Positions 36,279 through 45,842 of a stretch of DNA of 64,000 bases are shown piece by piece. Location: assembly GCA_949283955.1 (NCBI GenBank), contig CASDUP010000053.1, positions 16,324 to 80,323 on the forward strand, in the 5' to 3' direction. The translations under genes were made by a program, and so were the position numbers. Within the stretch, counting starts at the first letter, position 1. The number at the start of each line of letters is the position of its first letter. The notes below the pieces were generated by a model. The model did no database searches. It saw nothing but the letters and a program-made list of their open reading frames with translations, and was not told the DNA's origin. The stretch comes from an uncultured Verrucomicrobiota bacterium. Lineage in GTDB: Bacteria; Verrucomicrobiota; Verrucomicrobiia; Opitutales; Intestinicryptomonadaceae.

Positions 36279-38723
36279 TTACTGCTTTTCTTTCGGAGAC
36301 TCTTCTTCCGCCTCTTCCGGAAGATCTCCCGGCTCCTCGGCGTCTTCACCCTCTTCTTCTTCGGCCTCGGCGTAGTAGTTCTGGTAGCTCTTGTCGTAGT
36401 AGCTCATGCTGTACGCCGACGTGGAGCCGGCGTTTACCATGTTCATCACCGCTCCAAGCACGGGAACGTTCGATTCCATCATGCGCCTGACGTAATTTTT
36501 GATGGTTTTGCGCTTTATCGAGTTGAATTTTACAATGTACAAGACTCCGTCGACGAACGGCAATATGGAAAGGGCGTCGGAGACGGCTCCGATGGGCGAA
36601 GTGTCGATGAACACTTTGTCATACTCATTTCTGAACTTCTCTATCATGGCGGCGAACTCGTCGCTGTTGAGAATCTGGGTCGGATTTTGCGAGCGCCTCT
36701 CGCACACCAAAATATCGAGGTTCGGGAAGAAGTCCTTTATGATGGCTTCGTCGAGGGGCTCGCCGTCCTCTATGCAACCTGTGATGCCCTTGTCGGCGTT
36801 CACGCCGAGAACTTTCGCAAGAGCAGGAAGGCGCAGGTCGGCGTCTATTACTATGGTGCGCTCGCCGTTGAGCGCGCATGTGAACGCAAGGTTTGTGACG
36901 ACAAACGATTTTCCCTCGGAGGGAGTGGTGGAAGTCGTTAAAATCACCTTTGCGTTTTTGCTGAGATTGTTGACCTTTAACGCCGAATAGAGAGATCTGA
37001 ACGCCTCAGTGCTGCTTCTATCGGCATTGCTAGCCGCCACCTGGGCCTTTTCGGAGGAGTTCAACCTCTTTATTCTCGGAATTACCCCGAGCAAGGGAAG
37101 CCCCACCACAGACTCTATGTCGTAGGCGCTCTTTGCCCTGTCGTCTATGAATGCGACCAGGAACGCCATTCCTATTCCCCCGGCGATTCCCGCTATGATT
37201 CCTACGATGGTATTTATAATGTAATTCGGGCTGTAAGCGCGGAGTGCCGGACCGGCGTGGTCTATTATTTGGGCTCCCTCGTTTATCAAACTTACCTGGG
37301 CCAACCTTACATTCATTGCGGCAATCAGAGATCCGTGCATTCCTTCCGCCACCATTCTCTCCCTCTCTATTGCTTTGTACGCTATTGCCTTCTTCGCAAG
37401 GTCGAGAACGTCCTTCTCTTTTTGGGCGAGCCGGTTTCGGGACATCTCGTAGTTCGTCCGAGTAGTGTCGTAGTTTGCCTCCAGCTGCTGATATGCCGAC
37501 TCAACTGCGGAATTCAACTCCTTCTGAAGCTGGTCGAGAGTCTTGCGGGCCTTCAACATCTCGGGGTGCTTTTCCTTGTACCTCTTCTCGAGAGAGGCCA
37601 CCGCAACCTGCTGCAGAGCCAATTCGCTCAACAGACGGGCAACCTGCGGGGTTTCTGCTATAAATTGCAGGTCCCAGAGCGGCTTGCCGTCGCGGCGGAA
37701 CTCTTGGGCGAGATTCCATGCAGTGGAGGCGCTGTCGAAATTGCGCTTGTCGTTTACCAAAATCGCATTTAGGTTGCGAAGCTCCTCGCGGTCGATGTCG
37801 TCCTTCGTCTCGAGGCTTATCGCTCCGTACTGTTCGCGGTATTCCACGAGTTTCTTGTCGAGCTCCTTTACCTTGCTCTCCTGCTGGGAGACTTTCGTGC
37901 GGAGCTCGTCGATGCTGTCCATCATGTTCTTTACGCGCTTCTGGTGCGTGTAGCTGATGTACTCGGTCGCGAAAAGATTAGCTATGCGGGCGGCGATGTA
38001 TTTGTCGGGGTGCTGGTACACGATTCGTATCATCAGCGACATTCTCTCGGGAATTATCGACCTGTTCTCGCCCAAGATTTCAAATTCATTCTTTCGTATT
38101 CCGAAGGTGAACATGTCCTCGTAGGGCATCATGAACCTCTTGAGTTCGTCCTCCTTCATGCGGTTTTTTACCGCCGCTATTATTTCTCCGCTTTCGAGAA
38201 TCTTTACCTGCGTGTTGAAGTCCTCTATTCCAAGAACGAGGTTGTTTCTGCTCTTGTCCGTGGATCCAGGACCCTCAATGGGGGTTTCGGTGTCGCGCAA
38301 AATCTGAACCGAAGCCACCGACTGGAACATAGGAGTGGCTCTCAGAGTATAGAGCATCACGCCCGCAAATATAATGAAAAACGTAATGAAGATGTACCAC
38401 ATTCTCTCTTTGAGAATCATGAGGTAATCTTTGAAAGTCCTGTTCGGAATGGCAGCCGGACCGCCGCTGACTGGAGTTCCGTAGCCCCCGTAATATCCTC
38501 CGTATCCTCCGTTGTATCCGCCATAACCGCCGTATCCGCCATAGCCGTATCCTCCCCCGTATCCGCCGCCATAACCGCCATAGCCGCCATAGCCGCCATA
38601 ACCGCCGTATCCGTATCCGTAGCCGGCCGATTTTCTCTTCAAAACTTTTTTAACGGCTTTCTTTTCTGCCGGAGCCGCCGCGTTGTCCTGCGGAGTTTGC
38701 TTGTTTTCGGTGGAATCGCTCAT
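36279..38723 (-). CDS. wzc: Polysaccharide co-polymerase / tyrosine autokinase (Wzc type) with Gly/Tyr-rich N-terminal tail
   Basis: Two TM helices flanking a coiled-coil periplasmic domain; Walker A TPSEGKS, A' IDADLR, B FIDTSP; C-terminal Tyr cluster YSMSYYDKSYQNYY. Confidence 0.92.
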   Translation of the reverse strand: MSDSTENKQTPQDNAAAPAEKKAVKKVLKRKSAGYGYGYGGYGGYGGYGGYGGGYGGGYGYGGYGGYGGYNGGYGGYYGGYGTPVSGGPAAIPNRTFKDYLMILKERMWYIFITFFIIFAGVMLYTLRATPMFQSVASVQILRDTETPIEGPGSTDKSRNNLVLGIEDFNTQVKILESGEIIAAVKNRMKEDELKRFMMPYEDMFTFGIRKNEFEILGENRSIIPERMSLMIRIVYQHPDKYIAARIANLFATEYISYTHQKRVKNMMDSIDELRTKVSQQESKVKELDKKLVEYREQYGAISLETKDDIDREELRNLNAILVNDKRNFDSASTAWNLAQEFRRDGKPLWDLQFIAETPQVARLLSELALQQVAVASLEKRYKEKHPEMLKARKTLDQLQKELNSAVESAYQQLEANYDTTRTNYEMSRNRLAQKEKDVLDLAKKAIAYKAIERERMVAEGMHGSLIAAMNVRLAQVSLINEGAQIIDHAGPALRAYSPNYIINTIVGIIAGIAGGIGMAFLVAFIDDRAKSAYDIESVVGLPLLGVIPRIKRLNSSEKAQVAASNADRSSTEAFRSLYSALKVNNLSKNAKVILTTSTTPSEGKSFVVTNLAFTCALNGERTIVIDADLRLPALAKVLGVNADKGITGCIEDGEPLDEAIIKDFFPNLDILVCERRSQNPTQILNSDEFAAMIEKFRNEYDKVFIDTSPIGAVSDALSILPFVDGVLYIVKFNSIKRKTIKNYVRRMMESNVPVLGAVMNMVNAGSTSAYSMSYYDKSYQNYYAEAEEEEGEDAEEPGDLPEEAEEESPKEKQ

Positions 38724-38756
38724 CTTTATTAAATTTTTTCGCGGATTTCGGGAGAA

Positions 38757-39362
38757 TTAGAATATGTCCTCGGGAACCTCGATGGTGTCGCCGTCGCAGA
38801 GGGGAAAGTCCTTGGCGTCCTTGTCGTTCAGTATCGCTTTGAGGCTGACGTTAAACACCTGAACCGACCCGTCGGCCATTTTGCGTTTGACCTTTACGTT
38901 CCTTATGTCCGCTATTCTCGTCGGACCTCCGGCGTCGGCTATTGCCTTCGAGAGCGTCATGGGCTCTTCGTTCGGGAATCTAACCTCCCCGTTCCTAAAC
39001 ACTTGTCCTATCACGTGCACCCTCTGCGGAGAATATTCGGCTATGAATATGGTCACAAACGCCCTAACAAGATAGTCCTTTTCGTACAGCTCCTTTATGC
39101 GCTGTTGGGCGTCTTGAAGGGAAAGCCCCGCCAAATGGACGTTCCCTATCAGGGGCATTGCTATCGAACCGTTCGCGGAAATTCTTACTATCTTGTCGAG
39201 ATCCGGTTCCTGGAACACCTTGATCTCGAGAAGATCGAGAGGACGAAGCCTGTATGTCGACGCCGGCTGCTCTATCTTCTGCTGTGAAGACGTTTCGGCG
39301 AACACAGTCGCCTCGGCCAGTAGAAGCAACGAGGCCGCCAAAATTCCAAACATTTTTATCAT
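38757..39362 (-). CDS. Polysaccharide export (OPX/Wza-family) protein, short form
   Basis: YRLRPLDLLEIKVFQEPDL, ISANGSIAMPLIG poly-export motif, one SLBB domain (TLSKAIADAGG, LCDGDTIEV). Start uncertain (39362-39419). Confidence 0.88.
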   Translation of the reverse strand: MIKMFGILAASLLLLAEATVFAETSSQQKIEQPASTYRLRPLDLLEIKVFQEPDLDKIVRISANGSIAMPLIGNVHLAGLSLQDAQQRIKELYEKDYLVRAFVTIFIAEYSPQRVHVIGQVFRNGEVRFPNEEPMTLSKAIADAGGPTRIADIRNVKVKRKMADGSVQVFNVSLKAILNDKDAKDFPLCDGDTIEVPEDIF

Positions 39363-39681
39363 AAGCGCCGAGGAATACATGAGGGGCGGTATTTTTTCAA
39401 CAATTTTTTTCTGTACCACTATTATAAAAATCTCGGATAAATCTGCGTCCTAAATTCCCTGGGAGCAGGAAAAAATCGACATTTGCCAAGCGCCGGAATT
39501 GGCGGACAGTCCGTTTTGGGAGTCCGCTGAGTCAGTTTTGGTAGTCTGCGGAAGCCGTTTAGGGAATTAGACGGCTGCCGGTTTGTCCAATTTTTTGGCG
39601 GGCCGTTTGGTGAAAGAAAATTTTTTTGTTGCGTTGGGTGGAAACGAAGATAAAAGAGAAGGCTCAATCTTAAATAAAGTT

Positions 39682-40674
39682 ATGGTATCATACAAAGACC
39701 TCGGATTGGTTAATTCGCGCGAACTTTTCCAGAAAGCCATCGCAGGCAAGTATGCGATTCCCGCGTTTAACTTTAACAATATGGAACAGATGCAGGCCAT
39801 AATTCAGGCTTGCGTCGAAACAAAGTCCCCTGTGATTTTGCAGGTTTCGAGCGGCGCGCGCAAGTACGCCAATCAGACTCTGTTGCGCTACATGGCGCAA
39901 GGGGCTTGCGAGTACTCCAAAGAATTGGGATGCGCTATTCCGATAGTTCTCCACTTGGACCACGGGGACACTTTCGAACTTTGCAAATCTTGCATAGAGT
40001 ACGGATTTTCCTCCGTCATGATAGACGGGTCGGCGCACCCGTACGACGAGAACGTGGAGCTTACTAGGAAGGTTGTCGACTATGCCCACCAGTACGATGT
40101 CACCGTCGAAGGAGAGCTGGGAGTTCTCGCTGGAATAGAGGACGAAGTCTCCCACGAGACGCATTCCTATACCCGCCCCGAGGAAGTCGAGGATTTCGTG
40201 AAGAAAACCGGGGTCGATTCGCTCGCCATTTCCATAGGAACTTCGCACGGAGCCTACAAATTCAAGCCCGAACAGTGCACGAGGGACGCCGAAGGCAGGC
40301 TCGTTCCGCCCCCGCTTCGCTTCGACATTCTCAAGGAGATAGAGAAGCGCATACCCGGATTCCCGATAGTTCTGCACGGTTCGTCGAGCGTTCCGCAGCA
40401 GTATGTCGACGAGATAAACAAGTACGGCGGCAAGCTCGAGGCTGCGGTGGGAATTCCCGAAGAGCAGCTCAGAGAGGCGGCCAAGTCTGCGGTTTGCAAG
40501 ATAAACATCGATTCCGACGGCCGTTTGGCTATGACTGCGGCTGTTCGCAAAGTGTTTGTGGAAAAACCGGCGGAGTTTGATCCACGCAAATATCTCGGGC
40601 CGGCCCGCGACGAGCTCAAAAAGCTCTACATGCACAAGGTCACGGACGTTCTCGGATCGGCTAACAAGGCTTAA
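39682..40674 (+). CDS. fba: Class II fructose-1,6-bisphosphate aldolase
   Basis: YAIPAFNFNN, VLHLDHG, SSVMIDGS, VEGELG, GTSHGAYKF, VLHGSS, KINID. Start at MVSYKDLGL. Confidence 0.96.
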   Translation: MVSYKDLGLVNSRELFQKAIAGKYAIPAFNFNNMEQMQAIIQACVETKSPVILQVSSGARKYANQTLLRYMAQGACEYSKELGCAIPIVLHLDHGDTFELCKSCIEYGFSSVMIDGSAHPYDENVELTRKVVDYAHQYDVTVEGELGVLAGIEDEVSHETHSYTRPEEVEDFVKKTGVDSLAISIGTSHGAYKFKPEQCTRDAEGRLVPPPLRFDILKEIEKRIPGFPIVLHGSSSVPQQYVDEINKYGGKLEAAVGIPEEQLREAAKSAVCKINIDSDGRLAMTAAVRKVFVEKPAEFDPRKYLGPARDELKKLYMHKVTDVLGSANKA

Positions 40675-40688
40675 TTTTTTCGAATTTA

Positions 40689-40743
40689 CACGCCCGGATT
40701 CTCGCGCCTCTCTGGGAGGGTCGAGTATTCGGGCGTTTTTTTT
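40689..40743 (+). terminator. Intrinsic terminator after fba
   Basis: Long imperfect hairpin CGCCCGGAT...TATTCGGGCG followed by T8. Confidence 0.75.
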
Positions 40744-41100
40744 GCGCATTTGGGCGCTCTTGCCACAAAAAAATGTCGCGGTGATGGATTTTTAAAGGTT
40801 TCATTATTTTTTTAGAATGCCTAATATTTTTGCGTCGGGGCGAGCTTTTGCATATTCGGAATTAAAAAATGCTTTGTCGGATAGAGGTATTTTTTCGAAT
40901 GTAAGGATAATTTTTTTCTAACTTTGTGCTTGGTGGGGTTGGCGGTTCGGAGGCGGCATGCGGAATCGCATCGGGAGAGCTTCGAATTTTTCCAATATGT
41001 TTGAGCCTTTCTGAGGATATTTTCTGAGCGGCAAAATTTTTGGGTTTTCCGGGCAAGAAATGCTTGAGATGGGAAAGCTTGAAGGTAAAATCGCCGGGCG

Positions 41101-42033
41101 ATGGAAAATAAGTTGAAATGCGGAGTGGTCGGGGTTGGGTACCTCGGGCAACATCATGCGAGAATTTACTCCGAGCTTGAAAACACCGAGTTGGTCGGAA
41201 TTTATGACAACAATCCCGACCGGGCTAAAGAGATAGCGGAGAAGTATTCGTGTAAAATTTTCAATTCCGTTGAGGAGCTTGGAGATGCCGTCGACGCCGC
41301 AAGCGTGGTTGTTCCAACTCCGCTTCACGAAAAGGTCGCTCTGCCTCTTTTCGAGAGAAATTGCGATCTTTTAATAGAAAAACCCATCTGCACCACTCTC
41401 GAAGAGGCGGCTAAGATTGTGGAGGTGGCCAGGGAGCGCAATCTTTTGGTTCAAGTGGGTCACATAGAGCATTTCAATCCGGTAATGGGATTCATGGAGG
41501 AACACGTCTCCAAGCCGAGATTTATAACGGCTGACAGGCTTGCCCCCTTCCAGCCCCGCGGAACCGAAGTGGGGGTTGTGTTGGATCTGATGATTCACGA
41601 TATAGGCATAGTTTTGAAGCTGGCCAATTCTCCCGTTAAAAGAATAGAGGCGGTGGGAGTGAACGTGCTGAGCCGCAGCGAGGACATAGCAAACGCTAGA
41701 ATAGCGTTCGAAAACGGTTGCGTTGCGAATCTGAATGTCAGCAGGGTAAGTAGCAAAAAGTTGCGAGAAATAAGGATATTTCAGGCGAACTCCTACATGT
41801 CTTTGGATTTTATGAACCAGACTGGGCACTTGATGAGGGTGAAGGGCCCGATGGAAATCGAGAGGGTTGAGGTTCCGATAGAAAAGCGGGAGCCGTTGAA
41901 GATGGAGCTTATGAGTTTTGCCCACTGCGTGATACACAAGGAAAATCCGAAGGTCGACGCGACTCTCGGCAGAAGGGCTCTCGAAGTGGCGCTGGAAATA
42001 ACCCGCCAAGTGGCGGAGTTTGCTGGGTCGTGA
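41101..42033 (+). CDS. Gfo/Idh/MocA oxidoreductase, probable GnnA-like UDP-GlcNAc 3-dehydrogenase
   Basis: VVGVGYLGQHH, LLIEKPI, GHIEHFNP, DLMIHDI; immediately upstream of lpxB. Confidence 0.85.
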   Translation: MENKLKCGVVGVGYLGQHHARIYSELENTELVGIYDNNPDRAKEIAEKYSCKIFNSVEELGDAVDAASVVVPTPLHEKVALPLFERNCDLLIEKPICTTLEEAAKIVEVARERNLLVQVGHIEHFNPVMGFMEEHVSKPRFITADRLAPFQPRGTEVGVVLDLMIHDIGIVLKLANSPVKRIEAVGVNVLSRSEDIANARIAFENGCVANLNVSRVSSKKLREIRIFQANSYMSLDFMNQTGHLMRVKGPMEIERVEVPIEKREPLKMELMSFAHCVIHKENPKVDATLGRRALEVALEITRQVAEFAGS

Positions 42034-42046
42034 TTTTTAAATTGCG

Positions 42047-43213
42047 ATGGAAATTCTTTCCAAGAGGTCGTTTGATTTTCCCCCTCCCCAAAAGGAAGGG
42101 TGCGACGTTTTGATAATAGCAGGAGAACATTCCGGCGACGAACAGGCAGCCAGAATGCTCCGCGGAGCCCTTCGGAAAAGTCCCGACCTTAAAGTGTGCG
42201 CTTTCGGAGGTAGGAAACTCGAGGAGGCGGGGGCCCGCCTGCTGTTCGACATGACGGGTTTTTCGGTGGTGGGCCTGATGGAGGTTCTCGAAAACTACGG
42301 CTTCTTTAAGGCTCTTCATTCGGCGATAGCGGAATGGATTAAAAAATATTCCCCAAAGTCTGTGTGCTTTGTGGATTACCCTGGATTCAATCTGAGCCTT
42401 GCCAACGAGCTCAGAAAAATGGGTGTTTCGAGAAAAGGCGGGGGGAGCGTGAAGCTTCTCTATTACATATCGCCTCAAATATGGGCGTGGAAATCGGGTA
42501 GAAGGTTTAAAATGGAAAAAAACCTGGACGCCTTGGGGGTTATTTTCCCGTTTGAAAAAGCCTGTTTTGCCGATACGTCGCTGCCTGTGAGTTTTGTGGG
42601 GCATCCGTTCATGTCTGATGAGTTTTTGCCGAGCGTCGAGTATTCGGCGGACGCTCCCGTTCTGTTGCTTTCCGGAAGCAGGCCGAAGGCGGTGGGAAGA
42701 ATTTTTCCCGCCATGCTCGAGGCGTTTCGGCTTTCGGGGGCGGATAGGGCGGCTGCCCTATATCCCACGAAGGAAATAGGGAAGATTCTTGAGGATTCCC
42801 TGAAAAAGTATCCGGATTTGTCCCAGAGGGTGAAGCTGATCCCTAGAGGACAGGAAAAAATTTTTGCGAAGGCGGTTTTGACGAGTTCCGGAACTATGTC
42901 TCTTGAATGCTGCCTTGCGGGAATTCCGGGAGCGATAGTTTACAGGGCTAATCCCATCACGTATTTTGTGGGGAGGGCGCTCGTTAAGATAGGATATTTG
43001 GGGATTGCAAATATCATTCTAAACAGGCCGGCTTGGAGGGAATTTATCCAGTTTGACGCGAAACCTTCGAAAATAGCGGACCACCTGAGAAAGTGTCTCG
43101 AGCCGGAGGCGGCGAAGGAGGCCGCGGAGAACGCGCGCTTGTTGAAGGATAGCCTGAGGTCTCCCGAGAACGTTTCGGCGTCGGATTGGCTCGTTGCGGA
43201 ATTTGATTCTTAG
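42047..43213 (+). CDS. lpxB: Lipid-A-disaccharide synthase
   Basis: IAGEHSGD, VVGLMEV, VDYPGFNL, YISPQIWAWK, FPFE, VGHP, SSGTMSLE. Confidence 0.96.
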   Translation: MEILSKRSFDFPPPQKEGCDVLIIAGEHSGDEQAARMLRGALRKSPDLKVCAFGGRKLEEAGARLLFDMTGFSVVGLMEVLENYGFFKALHSAIAEWIKKYSPKSVCFVDYPGFNLSLANELRKMGVSRKGGGSVKLLYYISPQIWAWKSGRRFKMEKNLDALGVIFPFEKACFADTSLPVSFVGHPFMSDEFLPSVEYSADAPVLLLSGSRPKAVGRIFPAMLEAFRLSGADRAAALYPTKEIGKILEDSLKKYPDLSQRVKLIPRGQEKIFAKAVLTSSGTMSLECCLAGIPGAIVYRANPITYFVGRALVKIGYLGIANIILNRPAWREFIQFDAKPSKIADHLRKCLEPEAAKEAAENARLLKDSLRSPENVSASDWLVAEFDS

Positions 43214-43299
43214 GATTTTTTCTTTGCCTAATAAAAAATTTTGGAAACAATAAAAAAAGAGCGGGAAATGCCCGCGAAGATGTTTGGAAAGGAATTAAA

Positions 43300-43692
43300 A
43301 TGAAGAAATTAGCTGCGGTTTTTGCGTTGGGAATGCTGTTTGTATCCGGGTGCGCGCTCCACGTGACCGAGGAGAGCTACGCCAGGGCAGGACGAGGGGA
43401 ATACGTTTTGAAGTATCCCGGTTTCAACGCCTCAAAAGAAGCCATGCGGAATAACATAATCCTTGCGTTGCAGTCCCGCGGTTGGGTTATTGAGAGCAAA
43501 GATTTGCCCATCAAGGCGAGGCTGAAAAAGATTCGGCAGGAGGCGGTTGCATCTTTCGACGTTTCGGGCGACGAGATAGTCGTAGATACGAAGGGTTCCG
43601 TGGTCGACGGAAGCAGGCCCTACGTTCCGAATCGGTACGTGGAAAACGTCATCGTTTCCGTAAGAAAATTTTTGATGAAAAACGGCGGCTAG
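43300..43692 (+). CDS. Hypothetical lipoprotein
   Basis: Lipobox LFVSG|C after MKKLAAVFALGM; AGGA RBS. Confidence 0.82.
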   Translation: MKKLAAVFALGMLFVSGCALHVTEESYARAGRGEYVLKYPGFNASKEAMRNNIILALQSRGWVIESKDLPIKARLKKIRQEAVASFDVSGDEIVVDTKGSVVDGSRPYVPNRYVENVIVSVRKFLMKNGG

Positions 43693-44723
43693 GAGATTTT
43701 CGGCTTTACCGCGCTCAACACTCTGAAAGACATTCCCATGAGCGACGGATTCAAGAGCTGTGCGAGTTCTCGCCTGCGGGGATCCATCGCTCCGGTTTTA
43801 GACTCTATTATTTCGCGGATTTTCTCCCCGGAATATTTTATGAAAAATTCCTCTTGGGTAAGAACAGAAACTTTCTCAAGGCCGTTTTTTTCAGCTATTG
43901 CGGAGAGCGAATCCGAACACGGAGAAAAAGTTATGTCGGCGAGCGAAGCGCGGGAGAGTTCGCTTTTTTGCTCTTTGTGCCTGAAGTAGGAGCGGGCGGT
44001 TCCTCCGTGGAACTCGCGCAATTCGGCGGAACTTCTAAAGTAGTCGGCAAAAATCAGGATTCCGAACCAGTTTTCGGAGCATATTTTTTCAAACAGATTT
44101 TCGGCATCGGGCGACAGCTCCGCTTTAAATCCCTCCTCCGGATTCTCTCCGAATCTTTCGCAGAGGATTTTTTCCTCTTCCCCCGAAGCGGGAACGGGAA
44201 CTTCCGCAACGTTTTTTGGAGCCAGATATTTTTCGTCAATTTCTATTTTTCCGCCGGGAAATTTTAGAAAAATCTTGTTCCAATTTCCGTCCAAAAACAC
44301 GAACTTGGAAAACGGCCTGGCGTCGAGAAGCTCGTTCGAGACCACCGACAGTGGACCGTCCAATTTTATTTCGTCGGCGTATCCGAATTTTAGGGATTCT
44401 GGAAAGATTTCGGAATTTGGCTCGCAACCTATTTCCGCGAACTGTAACTTTCCGGGAAGATTAGCGAGTTTTCTCATGCTTTCTGCCGCGCATTCCACAA
44501 GCTCTGAAAACACTTTTTGGGGCAGCGTTTGCGACGTGAAAAAATCCGCCCCGTCTCCTCCAGCCCTCAACGCTTTTGGGTCGGAGTAGTATCCGAAACT
44601 CGGATTGTAGAGGCATTCGGCCACATACCTTGAGTATTCCAACATTCCCCCGTCGGAAATTTTTCGGAGTTCCTCCCACACTGCCGGGATTCTTTCTAAA
44701 GTTCTGGGAAACTTACCGGACAT
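43689..44723 (-). CDS. MidA/NDUFAF7-family SAM-dependent methyltransferase
   Basis: YVAECLYNPSFGYY, DFFTS, VVSNELLDARP, ADITF, LMGMSFRVL. Confidence 0.82.
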   Translation of the reverse strand: MSGKFPRTLERIPAVWEELRKISDGGMLEYSRYVAECLYNPSFGYYSDPKALRAGGDGADFFTSQTLPQKVFSELVECAAESMRKLANLPGKLQFAEIGCEPNSEIFPESLKFGYADEIKLDGPLSVVSNELLDARPFSKFVFLDGNWNKIFLKFPGGKIEIDEKYLAPKNVAEVPVPASGEEEKILCERFGENPEEGFKAELSPDAENLFEKICSENWFGILIFADYFRSSAELREFHGGTARSYFRHKEQKSELSRASLADITFSPCSDSLSAIAEKNGLEKVSVLTQEEFFIKYSGEKIREIIESKTGAMDPRRRELAQLLNPSLMGMSFRVLSAVKPKIS

Positions 44724-45792
44724 AGCTAAATTTTCCGTTTTCCACTCTCATTGCGAGCCATTTTTTGTTTTCTCCAAATGGAGGGGGAGTGGTAGAGCTT
44801 GCTATTATTTGGGCGTCGGGGGGAGCGCAATTCCAAAAGGCTTCTTTTCTGGCGGAGTCCAATTCTCCCAAAATATCGTCGCAAAGAAGCACAGGAGTTT
44901 CCCCCTTAGAGGTTTTGAACATTTCAAACTCGGCGAATTTCAGCGCTATTGCCGCGGAGCGTTGTTGGCCTTCGGACGAGTATTCCCTAGTATCGAGTCC
45001 CGAAACGGTGACTGCGAAGTCGTCCCTATGGGGGCCCTTTCGGGTGTATCCCCTCTCTATGTCCGAGTTTCTCGATTCGAAAAGAATCCTCCTGAAATTT
45101 TCCGCCGAGCAGTTTTCTTCGGAGCTTTTCAGGCGTATTTCGGCGGAGTCGGGGCAATCGATTGCTATCTTGGAATATTTTTCTCCGGCAAGTTTTCCCA
45201 ATATTTCCAGATATTTTCCGCGTTTGGACGATATGGTTTCGGCGGAGATAGCCATTATTTCCTCGAAGGCGTTCCACGGGGCTCCGGCGAAGGGCTCTTT
45301 CAAAAGCGCGTTTCTGTGCGACAATGCTGAGTGGTATTTTTTTAGAGCCGAAAAATATTCCGGGTCTATTTCAGACAGAAACATGTCTATTTCTCTTCTC
45401 CGAGTGTCCGGAGAGTCCCTCAAAAATCTGACGTCCTCCGAAGTCATTGCCAGAACCGGAAACCTTCCTATAAAGTCCGACATTCTCGTCTCTTCCCCGT
45501 CGACAAAAGCCCTTCTTGACGAACCTTCCAGGCGTATTTCGATTTCCGCATTCCCGAAGGACTCTCCAGAAACTTCGAACAAAATTCGCGAGGTATCCGA
45601 GCCTTTCGCAACCATGGAGCGAACCTTCGCCGTTCTAAACGACCTCAAGGCGGGCAACAATCCCGCCGCTTCTAAAAGGTTCGTTTTGCCTTGGGCGTTT
45701 CTGCCGTAAATCCACGCGTTGCCGAAACCCAGATCCGCCTCCCCGAAACCTATGTTTCTAAAATTCTCGAGTCTGACAAATTTTATCTTCAC
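44713..45792 (-). CDS. recF: DNA replication/repair protein RecF
   Basis: LENFRN, GRNAQGKTNLLEA, GPHRDD, SEGQQRS, LLCDDILGELD. Confidence 0.96.
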   Translation of the reverse strand: MKIKFVRLENFRNIGFGEADLGFGNAWIYGRNAQGKTNLLEAAGLLPALRSFRTAKVRSMVAKGSDTSRILFEVSGESFGNAEIEIRLEGSSRRAFVDGEETRMSDFIGRFPVLAMTSEDVRFLRDSPDTRRREIDMFLSEIDPEYFSALKKYHSALSHRNALLKEPFAGAPWNAFEEIMAISAETISSKRGKYLEILGKLAGEKYSKIAIDCPDSAEIRLKSSEENCSAENFRRILFESRNSDIERGYTRKGPHRDDFAVTVSGLDTREYSSEGQQRSAAIALKFAEFEMFKTSKGETPVLLCDDILGELDSARKEAFWNCAPPDAQIIASSTTPPPFGENKKWLAMRVENGKFSYVR

Positions 45793-45842
45793 AAAATTCC
45801 CCAGTAGGATTTAATTTCGGGATTATTTTGTAAAGTATTTTT

